Below are positions 29,413-38,966 of a stretch of DNA of 52,916 nt, piece by piece. Source of the DNA: Myxococcota bacterium. Lineage in GTDB: Bacteria > Myxococcota > B64-G9. Where the stretch lies: positions 1-52,916 of the forward strand of contig JBFFBT010000003.1 of assembly GCA_041560255.1 (NCBI GenBank). The letters run 5' to 3'. The notes under the pieces are model-generated. The model was not told the DNA's origin. It ran no database searches and was given only the letters and a program-made list of their open reading frames with translations. The stretch's first letter is position 1, and every line of letters begins with the position of its first letter. Both the position numbers and the translations under genes were made by a program.

Positions 29413-29820
29413 TTAACCATCCACATGGCTGTGAATCGCAGATCGTATATCGGTTTTCGAGAAGTCATCACCTTTGAACAAAAGCGGCAGGCCACTCGAT
29501 TTGGATAAAGCATATGCGAAACAATCTCCAAAGTTGAGACCCGCCGGGTGGTTCGCCTTTCCGAAATCCAAATATGCCTGACGAGCCAACTCAGCCTGCT
29601 CCGGCGTGACCGACTCAATACAGATTTGAGCACGGGATATAAGTGCGTCCAGTTGCCGACCGGCCGTAGGGCTGATCTGTTGGTCGATTACAATGCCTGC
29701 TTCCAAGTAATTGACCGCGGACAAAAGCCGGATCTCTGCGCCCGCAATGGCGTCTGCAAAAACCTTGGCATCGTTTTCAGAAAATAGAATGGCGAGGAGA
29801 GCAGATGTGTCGATGATCAT
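29413..29820 (-). CDS. vapC: VapC PIN-domain toxin (VapC30-like)
   Basis: MIIDTSALLAIL..E, NYLE, FGKANHPAGLNFGDCFAYALSK, PLLFKGDDF. Confidence 0.95.
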   Translation of the reverse strand: MIIDTSALLAILFSENDAKVFADAIAGAEIRLLSAVNYLEAGIVIDQQISPTAGRQLDALISRAQICIESVTPEQAELARQAYLDFGKANHPAGLNFGDCFAYALSKSSGLPLLFKGDDFSKTDIRSAIHSHVDG

Positions 29821-29906
29821 TTCGGCAACCCGCGATCGTCGTAGAGAAAGTCACCATGGGGTGCTGGATCCTTCCTAGCAGGAGATATGGGGAAAAAGAT
29901 TGTCAT
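29817..29906 (-). pseudogene. vapB: 5'-truncated VapB antitoxin (Rv0623/VapB30-like C-terminus only)
   Basis: Frame ends ...PHGDFLYDDRGLPK-TGA, overlapping the vapC ATG (ATGA). Only 29 codons from ATG 29906, with an in-frame TAA shortly upstream. Confidence 0.75.
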
Positions 29907-29974
29907 GCAACCAATCAATCCATATCTTTAGTCTATCAATGCGACTTTTCGGAAGACAGTGATCCCCATAGTGC

Positions 29975-31198
29975 TCAGGCCGGCGCTAGCTCTGAAATCC
30001 GATCCCACTCTGCAAACGATCGCTGCACGCAATCCTCGATGGCCAAGCCCGCAAAGTAATTGCCGCACAGTGCAAGTCTTTCGGACCGCAGGCCTGCGTC
30101 GATGCTTTGGATCAGCTTGTCGTGACCCAGGCGGGGCGAGGGCAGTCTTACACGGTTTTCATACAGTGTGCCCAGGTCAGTATCGGGGACCCCCAATACC
30201 TCGGCCATGCGCCTGCGCATCTCGGCTGGTTGCAGGCCGGCTTTGAAATGAAACGTAAACGCCCGGCGGGTGGGATCGGGAAAGGGATCCCGGGTGACCA
30301 CCGAATAGAACAAATCGTCTTGAGCAACCACGAAAGCACACGGCGGCCAACTGCAGGATTCTTTATGCAACACAACTCCCAGGCTTTGGACCTCGACGGT
30401 CTGAATCTCGGCGACGATTGACGCCAGCTCGCCGAACGAATGTCGAAGTATTCCGGCCGCATCCAAAGAAGGCAGCGCCAGGGCTACCACCGATGCCTGC
30501 CATTGCCGCCCGTCGGTGGATTTCAGGGTGTATCCGCCGGCGGATTTTTCAAACCCATCGACACATATGTTGGTTAACACGGTGATGTTTTCCATATCCG
30601 CGATGCCGTCGCATACGGTCTGCAATCCCCCGTCGAATCCGTAACTTCTGGGGTATTGTTTGCGGCGATCGCGTTTTTTGAACAACGATCCCGGGCCGGT
30701 GACCGGGAAATCGTCGGCCGGCTGGGACGGCACGGCCGTAAAAAAAGGTTTCAACACCTGTCGATAGTTCCGCGGGCCCAACAACCGGGAGTAATACGTA
30801 GAAACGCTCAGACCCGATTTTCCTTTCAAAAATTGGACCGGAAAACGGACGGCCGCTTCGAGCCATTTGAGCCGCAACAATACTTTCGGAGGGGTAAGCC
30901 AATCCACCCGGCCGTCGAAAAGTAAACCGAAATGCGCCCGGGCAACTCCGCGCTGCACCATTTTGGCGTGCACTCCGGCCCCCTCGGCCAGATCCAAAAA
31001 TCCTCCGTAGCTGTTGTAGGTCGTATGGGCTCCCATCTCGAACCAAAATCCTTCAATCCGTTTGGAGAACAAACACCCACCCACACGATCTTGTGATTCG
31101 AGCACCATAACCCGGTGCCCGGCTTGGGCGGCTTTCCAGGCAAAGGAAAGCCCGCCGATGCCGGCTCCTACGACGATAATGTTGGACTTGTTTTTCAT
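29975..31198 (-). CDS. FAD-dependent oxidoreductase, HemY (proto/coproporphyrinogen oxidase)-like
   Basis: VVGAGIGGL, LESQDRVGG, FEMGAH, FDGGLQT, LCGNYFAGLAIEDCV. Confidence 0.75.
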   Translation of the reverse strand: MKNKSNIIVVGAGIGGLSFAWKAAQAGHRVMVLESQDRVGGCLFSKRIEGFWFEMGAHTTYNSYGGFLDLAEGAGVHAKMVQRGVARAHFGLLFDGRVDWLTPPKVLLRLKWLEAAVRFPVQFLKGKSGLSVSTYYSRLLGPRNYRQVLKPFFTAVPSQPADDFPVTGPGSLFKKRDRRKQYPRSYGFDGGLQTVCDGIADMENITVLTNICVDGFEKSAGGYTLKSTDGRQWQASVVALALPSLDAAGILRHSFGELASIVAEIQTVEVQSLGVVLHKESCSWPPCAFVVAQDDLFYSVVTRDPFPDPTRRAFTFHFKAGLQPAEMRRRMAEVLGVPDTDLGTLYENRVRLPSPRLGHDKLIQSIDAGLRSERLALCGNYFAGLAIEDCVQRSFAEWDRISELAPA

Positions 31199-31304
31199 GC
31201 ACCTAGAATATCTTGGTTTTTACGCGAGTCAACCCGTAAGCACGACGATGGTAAAAATCACTCCGAAAGCCTGCGCCGAATACGGTCAATATGTTGAAAC
31301 CATT

Positions 31305-32126
31305 TTATAATTTTGATTCTTTCAGAATTTTTATCGCAACGAAGCGTTGCGCCATACCGGCCGAGAAGGCAAACCCGGAAGCCAGGCATTGGGTTACTCC
31401 ATAAAAAACATCCACCGTTCTCGGGTCAAATCCCATTGGGGTTGCCAGAGTTACGGCGAAATCAAATGCCAGCCAACAAACCGTCGAGCTGGTTACAAAT
31501 ATCCAAGGCCAACTGAGAATCCCTCCCCTGAGCATGACGGCCGTCAACACAAGCGGCGCCAGTAGGGCAAGACTGACGATGTCCCCGAATGATGATCCTA
31601 TCCCCATCAAAGACATACCCAATTTTTCACCCATAAAGACATTTTGGATGCTGGTTACGATACCCGGTCCCACGATCATGAGTGCCAGAACGGTGGCCAT
31701 TAAACACGTAAACCATCTCAGCCAATCACTGCCGGGCAGGCTCAGCTCGGCCACTTTCCACGCACTGGCAAACATATATACCCCGGCAATGGAAGAAAAA
31801 TTCGCCACGATGGCAAGCACACCCTGGGAGACTTCAATCTCGAAACTCCAGGTAGACATCCACTGTCTCAGAAACTGTCCCAAATCGAAAAACAAAAATA
31901 AAAAGGGAGTTACCGCAAAAAGCAACCAGGCCCGTCTGAGATAATCTCCGGGTTCAAACTTGAGTATGGCCAAAAAGCAGCCCGTAAGCATCATGATGTT
32001 CGACAGCGGGCTTTCAACCAAACGCAAGGTTTCATTTCCACCCGGATGGCCGTACAAACCGAGGGCAACCAGCAAATACAAACCCGTCCATCCAAATGGA
32101 ATGACAATGAGGGTACCCAGCTTCAT
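31305..32126 (-). CDS. Hypothetical integral membrane protein (about 7-8 TM)
   Basis: Successive hydrophobic helices, PGDYLRRAW loop, AAGGA RBS. Confidence 0.75.
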   Translation of the reverse strand: MKLGTLIVIPFGWTGLYLLVALGLYGHPGGNETLRLVESPLSNIMMLTGCFLAILKFEPGDYLRRAWLLFAVTPFLFLFFDLGQFLRQWMSTWSFEIEVSQGVLAIVANFSSIAGVYMFASAWKVAELSLPGSDWLRWFTCLMATVLALMIVGPGIVTSIQNVFMGEKLGMSLMGIGSSFGDIVSLALLAPLVLTAVMLRGGILSWPWIFVTSSTVCWLAFDFAVTLATPMGFDPRTVDVFYGVTQCLASGFAFSAGMAQRFVAIKILKESKL

Positions 32127-32340
32127 GTTCCTTACTCCCCGTTATCCGACCGACACCCATACAAAAAGCATACACCCTGTCTGCACGTTGGATTCTATGA
32201 TGAAACCCCGAAAAATGAAAGAATTTTCAATAAATTGTTTTAAAAATCTTACTTTACAGCCTCTTTCTGGATTTTGCTCACACCCTGATTTGCATGCACC
32301 CCAAAATCACTTTATCGCAATAAATTCTTGACGGTCCGGG

Positions 32341-32369
32341 TTGACAAGCCTACTGCCACACAACATAGT
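32341..32369 (+). promoter_or_regulatory. sigma70-type promoter of cydAB
   Basis: TTGACA-N17-CATAGT; AAAGGAG RBS before GTG 32420. Confidence 0.6.
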
Positions 32370-32419
32370 ATCGAGGTGAAAAACTACCATTCTATTTTTT
32401 CCTGAAAGGAGCGAGCAGC

Positions 32420-33769
32420 GTGGATGCAGTATTGCTTTCAAGAATACAGTTTGCACTCACGGTTGGATTTCATTTCATCTTTCCGCCCATCACCATCGGA
32501 TTGGCATGGCTTTTGGTGGTGATAGAAGGCTGGGGTTGGAGAACCGGTCAAGTATCCTGGCAGCGTTTGGGCGTGTTTTTCGGCCGATTGTTTGGCCTGA
32601 CCTTCGCAGTCGGAGTCGCTACCGGAATCGTCATGGAATTTCAGTTCGGAACCAATTGGGCCGGATACTCGAGGTTCGTGGGTGATGTATTCGGCTCCCC
32701 ACTGGCGGCGGAGGGAGTGTTTGCTTTCTTCCTCGAATCCAGCTTCATGGGGCTTTACTTGTTTGGACGAAAAAAACTATCAAAAGGCATGCATTGGTTT
32801 TCCATCCTCATGGTCGCGGTGGGCGCAACCATCTCGGCGTTTTGGATCTTGGTGGCCAATTCCTGGCAGCAAACCCCGGCAGGCTTTACCATAATCGGGG
32901 GCCGGGCAGAGCTTGCCAGCTTCACTGAAGCCGTTTTCAACCCTTCCATGTGGCCTAGATTTTTCCACACTATCGTGGCTGCATTGGTCAGTGGAGCCTT
33001 TTTTATGACCGGCATCTCAGCATATCAGATCCTCAAAAACCGCCAAAGCGAATACTTCTTAAAAACTCTCAAGCTGGGAGTGGTGGCTGCAGCGTTGTTT
33101 TCACTGCTCTCCATCTTCCCCACCGGCCACATCCATGCATCCCAAGTCGCTCACACCCAACCGGAGAAGTTCGCTGCAATCGAAGGCCTTTATACCGGCC
33201 ACGAAAACGGCGCTCCGTTGGTATTGTTCGCCTATCCCACCGATCCACCTCCCAAGCTGCATGGCAAAATCGAGGTACCCAACCTGTTGAGTTGGTTGGC
33301 CTTCGGCAATCCCAACGCACCCATTTTGGGATTGTCTGATTTTCCACCCGACCGGGTGCCGCAAGGAGCCGAGCTTTGGTTGTCTTTTGTCTCGTTCCAC
33401 AACATGGTACTTTTGGGAATGTGGTTTTTGGCTCTGAGCGCCGGTACCGCTTTACTCATGGGGTTCGGAAAGATCCCCCGCATGCGTTGGGTTTTATGGT
33501 TGTGGGTTTTGTCGATACCCTTGCCGGTGGCCGCCTGCCAACTCGGTTGGATCGCCGCTGAAGTCGGCCGCCAACCCTGGGTGGTATACGGTGTATTGAA
33601 AACCGAGCAGGCTGTCTCGGTATCCGTATCAGCCGGCGAAGTGTTGTTTTCCATCATCTTATTCGGTCTGATCTATCTGCTCTTGGGATCCTTATGGATC
33701 TATTTGTTGATCAGAAAAACCAAGCAGGGCATCGTCGAGACGAATCCCGTGGTTGAAGGAGCCAAATGA
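32420..33769 (+). CDS. cydA: Cytochrome bd oxidase subunit I (short Q-loop)
   Basis: FHFIFPP, MEFQFGTNW, ANSWQQTP, FFHT, QPEKFAAIEG, FHNMV, GWIAAEVGRQPW. Confidence 0.97.
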   Translation: MDAVLLSRIQFALTVGFHFIFPPITIGLAWLLVVIEGWGWRTGQVSWQRLGVFFGRLFGLTFAVGVATGIVMEFQFGTNWAGYSRFVGDVFGSPLAAEGVFAFFLESSFMGLYLFGRKKLSKGMHWFSILMVAVGATISAFWILVANSWQQTPAGFTIIGGRAELASFTEAVFNPSMWPRFFHTIVAALVSGAFFMTGISAYQILKNRQSEYFLKTLKLGVVAAALFSLLSIFPTGHIHASQVAHTQPEKFAAIEGLYTGHENGAPLVLFAYPTDPPPKLHGKIEVPNLLSWLAFGNPNAPILGLSDFPPDRVPQGAELWLSFVSFHNMVLLGMWFLALSAGTALLMGFGKIPRMRWVLWLWVLSIPLPVAACQLGWIAAEVGRQPWVVYGVLKTEQAVSVSVSAGEVLFSIILFGLIYLLLGSLWIYLLIRKTKQGIVETNPVVEGAK

Positions 33770-34797
33770 TGGAAGCTACATTTCTTCAGGTCAGCTGGTT
33801 TGTGCTTTTCGGCGTGTTGTTGATCGGCTACACCATCCTGGACGGGTTCGATCTGGGAGCCGGCGTGCTTTCGTTGTTTGAAAAATCTCCCGAATCAAAG
33901 CGTAAGATAGCCCTGGCCATCGGACCGGTTTGGGACGGCAACGAGGTATGGTTGCTCACGGCGGGCGGGGCCTTATTCGCAGCATTTCCGGCCGTCTATG
34001 CGAGTGTTTTCAGCGGCTTCTATCTGGCGTTCATGCTGCTTTTAGTATTTTTAATCTTGCGGGCGGTAGCGTTGGAATTCGCCGCTTCGATCGAGAAGCC
34101 CGCATGGCGGCGTTTCTGGGATGTTGGGTTCGGGTTGGGGAGCCTCGGCCCCTCACTCTTGTTCGGGGTTGCATTGGCGAATATCATCCGCGGCTTACCC
34201 TTGGATGCCCAGGGCAATTATCTAGGATCTTTTTTCGACCTCCTCAACCCATACGCCCTTTTGGCCGGTCTGCAATCCCTGGCCATGTTCATCTGTCACG
34301 CAGCGATTTACCTGATGATAAAAACCGAAGGAGATCTTGAAAATCGCATGCACAAAACAGCTTCCAAAGCTTGGATCTTCTGGCTGGTTCTGTTTTTGGC
34401 CTGCACGGGAGCGAGTATCTTTATTGCCGACGAAAGAATGCATGCCGCATTCGAGCATGCATTGATCTGGCCGGTTCTGGCCATGCTGGCCGTATCGCTG
34501 GCGATGATCCCCTTGTCTCTGCGTCGAGGCAAGGCCAAATCAGCGTTCTTTTGGTCCTCGGCAGCCATGACCTCCCAGATCGCCGTGATCGGATTGAGCC
34601 TGTATCCCGTTCTGGTGCCCGCCAGCAATGATCCGAACTTGAGCTTGACCATCGTCAACGCGTCTTCTTCGCAAAACACTCTATCTGTGATGCTGATTAT
34701 CGCCGCCATCGGAATGCCCCTGGTCATCGGCTACACCATATACATGTATCGAACCTTCAAGGGGAAAATACACCCGGAATCCCTCCATCATCCCTAA
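33766..34797 (+). CDS. cydB: Cytochrome bd oxidase subunit II
   Basis: LDGFDLGAG, IGPVWDGNEVWL, FAAFP, LTIVNASSS; ATGA overlap with cydA. Confidence 0.97.
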   Translation: MMEATFLQVSWFVLFGVLLIGYTILDGFDLGAGVLSLFEKSPESKRKIALAIGPVWDGNEVWLLTAGGALFAAFPAVYASVFSGFYLAFMLLLVFLILRAVALEFAASIEKPAWRRFWDVGFGLGSLGPSLLFGVALANIIRGLPLDAQGNYLGSFFDLLNPYALLAGLQSLAMFICHAAIYLMIKTEGDLENRMHKTASKAWIFWLVLFLACTGASIFIADERMHAAFEHALIWPVLAMLAVSLAMIPLSLRRGKAKSAFFWSSAAMTSQIAVIGLSLYPVLVPASNDPNLSLTIVNASSSQNTLSVMLIIAAIGMPLVIGYTIYMYRTFKGKIHPESLHHP

Positions 34798-34898
34798 GGC
34801 TGAGCTGCGGGTAAATTTCATTATCTCAGAACCTACAAACCCGTTTTCCAACCAAGATCGTTCGAACCGGATGTAACCTTTTGTTTTTCGATTAAATG

Positions 34899-34942
34899 TT
34901 GAAACGGCCTCACCTCTTTTCGAGGTTTCGAGGCCGTTTCAA
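34899..34942. terminator. Strong hairpin downstream of cydB in a convergent gap
   Basis: TTGAAACGGCCTC ... GAGGCCGTTTCAA 13-bp arms with inner ACCTC/GAGGT stem. Confidence 0.6.
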
Positions 34943-34951
34943 TAGAGCGAG

Positions 34952-35142
34952 AAAAAAAGGAGGGTCACATATATATAAGCAGAGACAAACGCCTCTGGAA
35001 GCATCTTAACCAGATCATTTCGGATGAACAGCCCTCCCACTGTGGGCTCACAGCAGCCTCGTCCCAACGATCGGTCTCAGCTCGATTTTGCTACAACGCG
35101 TCTATATCTTGTCGGCTCGCTTTGGTTTACCACCCAAAGATG
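34952..35142 (-). ncRNA. Candidate orphan small RNA (unassigned family)
   Basis: Minus-strand TTGACA (35171-35176) with upstream T-tracts, a series of short hairpins, 3' CCCTCC-T7, and no credible ORF. Confidence 0.25.
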
Positions 35143-35385
35143 GCGTTGCGATAACACCCCTAATATATGCTGTCAAGAAAAAAACTTCAAAAATTAAAAA
35201 AAAAGCTCAACGATTCAAAAATACTGTAACCACCCAATCTAAATACAAAACCTCAAGAAGCGGCCTTCTATTATATGGTGACTCCACTCGCCGAAACGTT
35301 TCATTTTTTTGTCGAGAACGCTTCGAAAAAACTGACCCGGCAACCGAGTATTTTATGATAAGGCATGCGCAATCGAGTCCAGCTC

Positions 35386-36867
35386 TCATGGCGGCAAATC
35401 GGCAAGCGGCAGGTTGACCATAAAAGTGGTTCCTCCGGCCAGTTGGGAGGTAACCTCCACGGATCCGTTGTGGGCCTCAATGACCTTTTTAACCAAAGAA
35501 AGCCCCAGGCCCGAGCCGGTGATACCCCGAGTTTGTTTTCCTTTGACCCTAAAGAATCGATCGAAAATATGCGGGAGATCCTCGGGACTGATACCGATAC
35601 CGGTATCTTCGACTTTGATTCTGGCCAATGATTGAGCGACCGAGGCAGAAAGCCTGACCGTACCGCCGGGTTGGGTATATTTTATGGCATTGTCCAAAAT
35701 ATTGGTCAAGACTACCCGGAGCTGATCGATATCCACCGCGATCCACCAAGCCTGGCTATGGGGATCGTACTGAAGATCGATGTTTTTGCCTTCCGCCTTG
35801 GGTCGCACCAGATCGACTACCTGCCCGAGCAACCCATCACCCGATACCGGTTCCAGGTTGAGTACGATTGCCCCGGTATCCAGGCGGGACAGGCTGAGCA
35901 GATTTTCTATCATTTGCAGCTGATCATGCAGTCGTTCACTGATGCGTTCGAGCAAATGGCGTCTGCGGTCCAGATCCTGCTCCCCGCACTTTTGAATTGT
36001 GTAGACCATCTGAATGATCGACGCCAACGGCGCGCGTAAATCATGAGCCACCATCGCGACAAACTCGTTTTTATGCTGGTCGATTTGTTTGTGCGGGGTC
36101 AAATCCTCAAACACGGTCACCGATCCAAGAGCTTGACCATCGCCGACCCGCACCGGAGCGCAATGCGCCCTGAGATAATAACGGGATATGCTACCGGGCG
36201 GAAAGTCTCGCGTCACTTTTCTACCGGCCTGCATCACTTCCCGAACCATGTCCGAAGCGTTATGATCCAAGATAGAATCGGAAAGCGGTTTCCCGATGAC
36301 CGGATCGGTCTGCAGATCCAACATGCGGATGGCGGCCGGGTTATGCAGGACCACAATACCCTGTTTGTTGGTCACCAACACAGCCCCTTCCATGCACCCG
36401 AAGATGGTTCGAAGACGACTTTGCTCTTTGGCGATGGTTTCCAAGTTGAGATTTTTCTCTTCCCGCAGCTTGGCGGCTTCAGAGTGCAGCACGCGGGTTT
36501 TCACCGCCCGATCGACCACCAAGCGGATATAATCGGGGGTAAACGGCTTGCCGACAAAGTCGAATGCCCCTTGTTTCATGGCTTCCACGGCCTTGGCGAC
36601 CGTGGCAAATCCGGTCACCACGATCACGGTCACCGTGGGTCGGTTCTCCTTGATCCAGCTTAATACGGAAAAGCCGTCCATACCGGGCATCATCAAATCC
36701 AACAGAACAATATCAACCGGGATCTCCTGCATTCGGCCGATCCCGACCTTCCCGTTCTCCGCCTGGTGAATCTCATATTGTTCACCGCCCAGCGCCCGTT
36801 TGCATCCCTCCCGAATGACTTTTTCGTCATCGATCAACAAAATCCGGATCGGTTCATTGGAAACCAT
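35386..36867 (-). CDS. Soluble hybrid histidine kinase (REC-PAS-HisKA-HATPase)
   Basis: LLIDDE / LLDLMMPG / GKP receiver, PAS (NPAAIRML), VAHDLRAPL, NILDNAIKY, DTGIG, GSGLGL; no TM. Confidence 0.93.
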   Translation of the reverse strand: MVSNEPIRILLIDDEKVIREGCKRALGGEQYEIHQAENGKVGIGRMQEIPVDIVLLDLMMPGMDGFSVLSWIKENRPTVTVIVVTGFATVAKAVEAMKQGAFDFVGKPFTPDYIRLVVDRAVKTRVLHSEAAKLREEKNLNLETIAKEQSRLRTIFGCMEGAVLVTNKQGIVVLHNPAAIRMLDLQTDPVIGKPLSDSILDHNASDMVREVMQAGRKVTRDFPPGSISRYYLRAHCAPVRVGDGQALGSVTVFEDLTPHKQIDQHKNEFVAMVAHDLRAPLASIIQMVYTIQKCGEQDLDRRRHLLERISERLHDQLQMIENLLSLSRLDTGAIVLNLEPVSGDGLLGQVVDLVRPKAEGKNIDLQYDPHSQAWWIAVDIDQLRVVLTNILDNAIKYTQPGGTVRLSASVAQSLARIKVEDTGIGISPEDLPHIFDRFFRVKGKQTRGITGSGLGLSLVKKVIEAHNGSVEVTSQLAGGTTFMVNLPLADLPP

Positions 36868-36930
36868 GGCTCTTGTCCTCTTCGCGTGAGATCCCCGCCG
36901 CTCATCCGGCGGTATCCAGACATGCGCGAC

Positions 36931-37311
36931 CTAGATCCAGTCCTGAATGCGTTCGAGCAACACATCCGGCTGAACCGGTTTGGCGATATAGTCTTCAGCC
37001 TCGCTTTCCAGCATGTCACGATGGGTGTAGGTGCTCGAGGTAACCCTGGAAGCCACTGCGGTCAGAAGAATGATGGGAATGGCGGCGGTTTGGGGGTTTT
37101 CCTTCAAAGCTTTACAGGCTTCGTGGCCGTTGATCTCCGGCATCATGACATCCAAAATAATCAGATCCGGTTTAATCTCCCCGACCCTCTCGAGGCATTC
37201 CTTTCCGTCGTACGCCACCTCCACCTGGTAACCCGCTCCCTCGACCACGGTTTTGACAGAATCAACGAAATCCGGATCGTCATCCACCAAAAAGACTTTC
37301 TTTTTGCTCAT
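36931..37311 (-). CDS. Single-domain response regulator
   Basis: LVDDD, ILDVMMPE, LLTA, YIAKP; no output domain. Confidence 0.93.
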   Translation of the reverse strand: MSKKKVFLVDDDPDFVDSVKTVVEGAGYQVEVAYDGKECLERVGEIKPDLIILDVMMPEINGHEACKALKENPQTAAIPIILLTAVASRVTSSTYTHRDMLESEAEDYIAKPVQPDVLLERIQDWI

Positions 37312-37377
37312 GCCTGGTCCTCCTTATGGGGTTGCTTAAGTCGTTATACACCACAATTTGCTTGGGCACATGCGCTT

Positions 37378-38301
37378 TTATAGCTCCGGCCGGGGCACCA
37401 ATCCGGCGCTCTTGACAATCTCGGGCACTTTTTGCTCCCATTCGATGGCCATCAGATGCACTCCGCGAACTCCCTCGATCCCGCGCAGGCGCTCGATCGT
37501 CTCGATGCACATTTGGATGCCCACTTGAGGTTGATCCTTTTTGTCCGCGGCGGAAATTCGTTTGATCACCTCGTCGGGAATGTCCATACCGGCTACGTTT
37601 TTTTTCATGAATTTGGCCATGCCGGCTGATTTGAGCGGCGTCACACCCGCAAGCACTGCAACCTTTTCGTGCAAACCCCGATTGCGCACATCCTGCATGT
37701 ATTGCTCAAATTTCTTCAGATTGAATATACACTGGGTCTGTACGAAATCCGCTCCGGCCTGGACCTTGAGCGCCAATCTGGGCACCCGGATCTCGTAGGG
37801 ATCTGCAAACGGGTTTACCGCACATCCGATCAACACCGCAGGCTTGCCGGCCAGCTCCTTTCCGGAAGGAAACCTGCCCTCGTCACGCATCCTGCGAACC
37901 AAATCGACGAGTTGAATCGAATCGATATCGTACACGTTCTTGGCTTCGGGATCGTCGCCGAAAATCTGGTGATCACCACTTAGACACAATAGATTTCGAA
38001 TTCCCAGAGCGCTGGCCCCCAGCAAGTCGGACTGCAACGCAATCCGGTTTCGATCCCGCACCACCATCTGCATCAGAGGTTCTACTCCGGCTTGCTTGAG
38101 CAACAAGCAACCTGCCAGCGAGCTCATGCGCACCACCGACGTCTGGTTGTCGGTTACATTGCAGGCATCCACGTTGCCCTTGACATGCACCACCTTCTTT
38201 TGAAACTCCTCCGGATCGGCCCCGCGAGGAGGACCGCATTCGGCCGTGACCGCAAAATGACCCGCCGTTAAAATCTTTTCCAAGTTGCTGCCGGCTTTCA
38301 T
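37378..38301 (-). CDS. metF: Methylenetetrahydrofolate reductase MetF
   Basis: AECGPP, NVTDN, RDRNRIALQSD, LSGDH, KVQAGADFVQTQ, GVHLM. Confidence 0.95.
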   Translation of the reverse strand: MKAGSNLEKILTAGHFAVTAECGPPRGADPEEFQKKVVHVKGNVDACNVTDNQTSVVRMSSLAGCLLLKQAGVEPLMQMVVRDRNRIALQSDLLGASALGIRNLLCLSGDHQIFGDDPEAKNVYDIDSIQLVDLVRRMRDEGRFPSGKELAGKPAVLIGCAVNPFADPYEIRVPRLALKVQAGADFVQTQCIFNLKKFEQYMQDVRNRGLHEKVAVLAGVTPLKSAGMAKFMKKNVAGMDIPDEVIKRISAADKKDQPQVGIQMCIETIERLRGIEGVRGVHLMAIEWEQKVPEIVKSAGLVPRPEL

Positions 38302-38966
38302 TGGGTAAGATCCTCCCTTACGATGCGCCGCGGTCCGCCGTCACGACTTTGACGCCAGCGTTTCATCGGCCTGAGCTTTTCGTACATATCCAATCGATCG
38401 AGCGCATTGAGCCGATCGATAATGAGCTGCCAACCGCACGGCACGGATCGGTCGATCTCGCAATGGCCGCTGACCGAACCTCCGCAAGGTCCATGAAAGA
38501 TGCTTTTCGAGCAACGGGTGACGGGGCAGATGCCGCCGGTCAAATGCAGTACACACTCTCCGCAAGCTTGACAACGCTCACTCCACTCGCCCTGTCGTTC
38601 GGTGACTCCGATGAAATTGGTGTTGATACCGGGCAACATGGGTGTTTTCTTGAAAGTCTCGGCCAAAAACTGCACCCCGGCTCCACAGGCGATGGACAAT
38701 ACCGCCTGGTAGCCGTCGATATAGGGTCGCATCTGCTCCAGATACTCGGGATCGCATTGACGCTCCAAGGTTTCCGGTCGTATCTCGATGGGTTTCGACG
38801 CGGCTTCGCGGGCCAGTTTGAGCGTGGAGGCCAGGATTTCCACCTCTTTTTGACCTCCGGCCCGGCAAACAGTGACACACCCGTTGCATCCGGCCAAAAT
38901 GATCCGATCAAACGGATCCAACATCTCGATGATCTGCTCCAAGGGTTTTGCATTTCCGATGATCAT
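38298..38966 (-). CDS. metV: MTHFR-associated Zn/Fe-S subunit MetV
   Basis: GCNGCVTVC, ERQC, ACGAG, CQACGEC...GGICPVTRCSK...GPCGG...CE...CGW. ATGA overlaps with mvhD (38963-38966) and metF (38298-38301). Confidence 0.92.
   Translation of the reverse strand: MIIGNAKPLEQIIEMLDPFDRIILAGCNGCVTVCRAGGQKEVEILASTLKLAREAASKPIEIRPETLERQCDPEYLEQMRPYIDGYQAVLSIACGAGVQFLAETFKKTPMLPGINTNFIGVTERQGEWSERCQACGECVLHLTGGICPVTRCSKSIFHGPCGGSVSGHCEIDRSVPCGWQLIIDRLNALDRLDMYEKLRPMKRWRQSRDGGPRRIVREDLTQ

Noticed and set aside
35088-35417. 109-aa plus-strand ORF in the cydB-kinase gap
   Set aside because: TTG start, poly-A-derived Lys runs, overlaps the kinase 3' end; unlikely to be coding.
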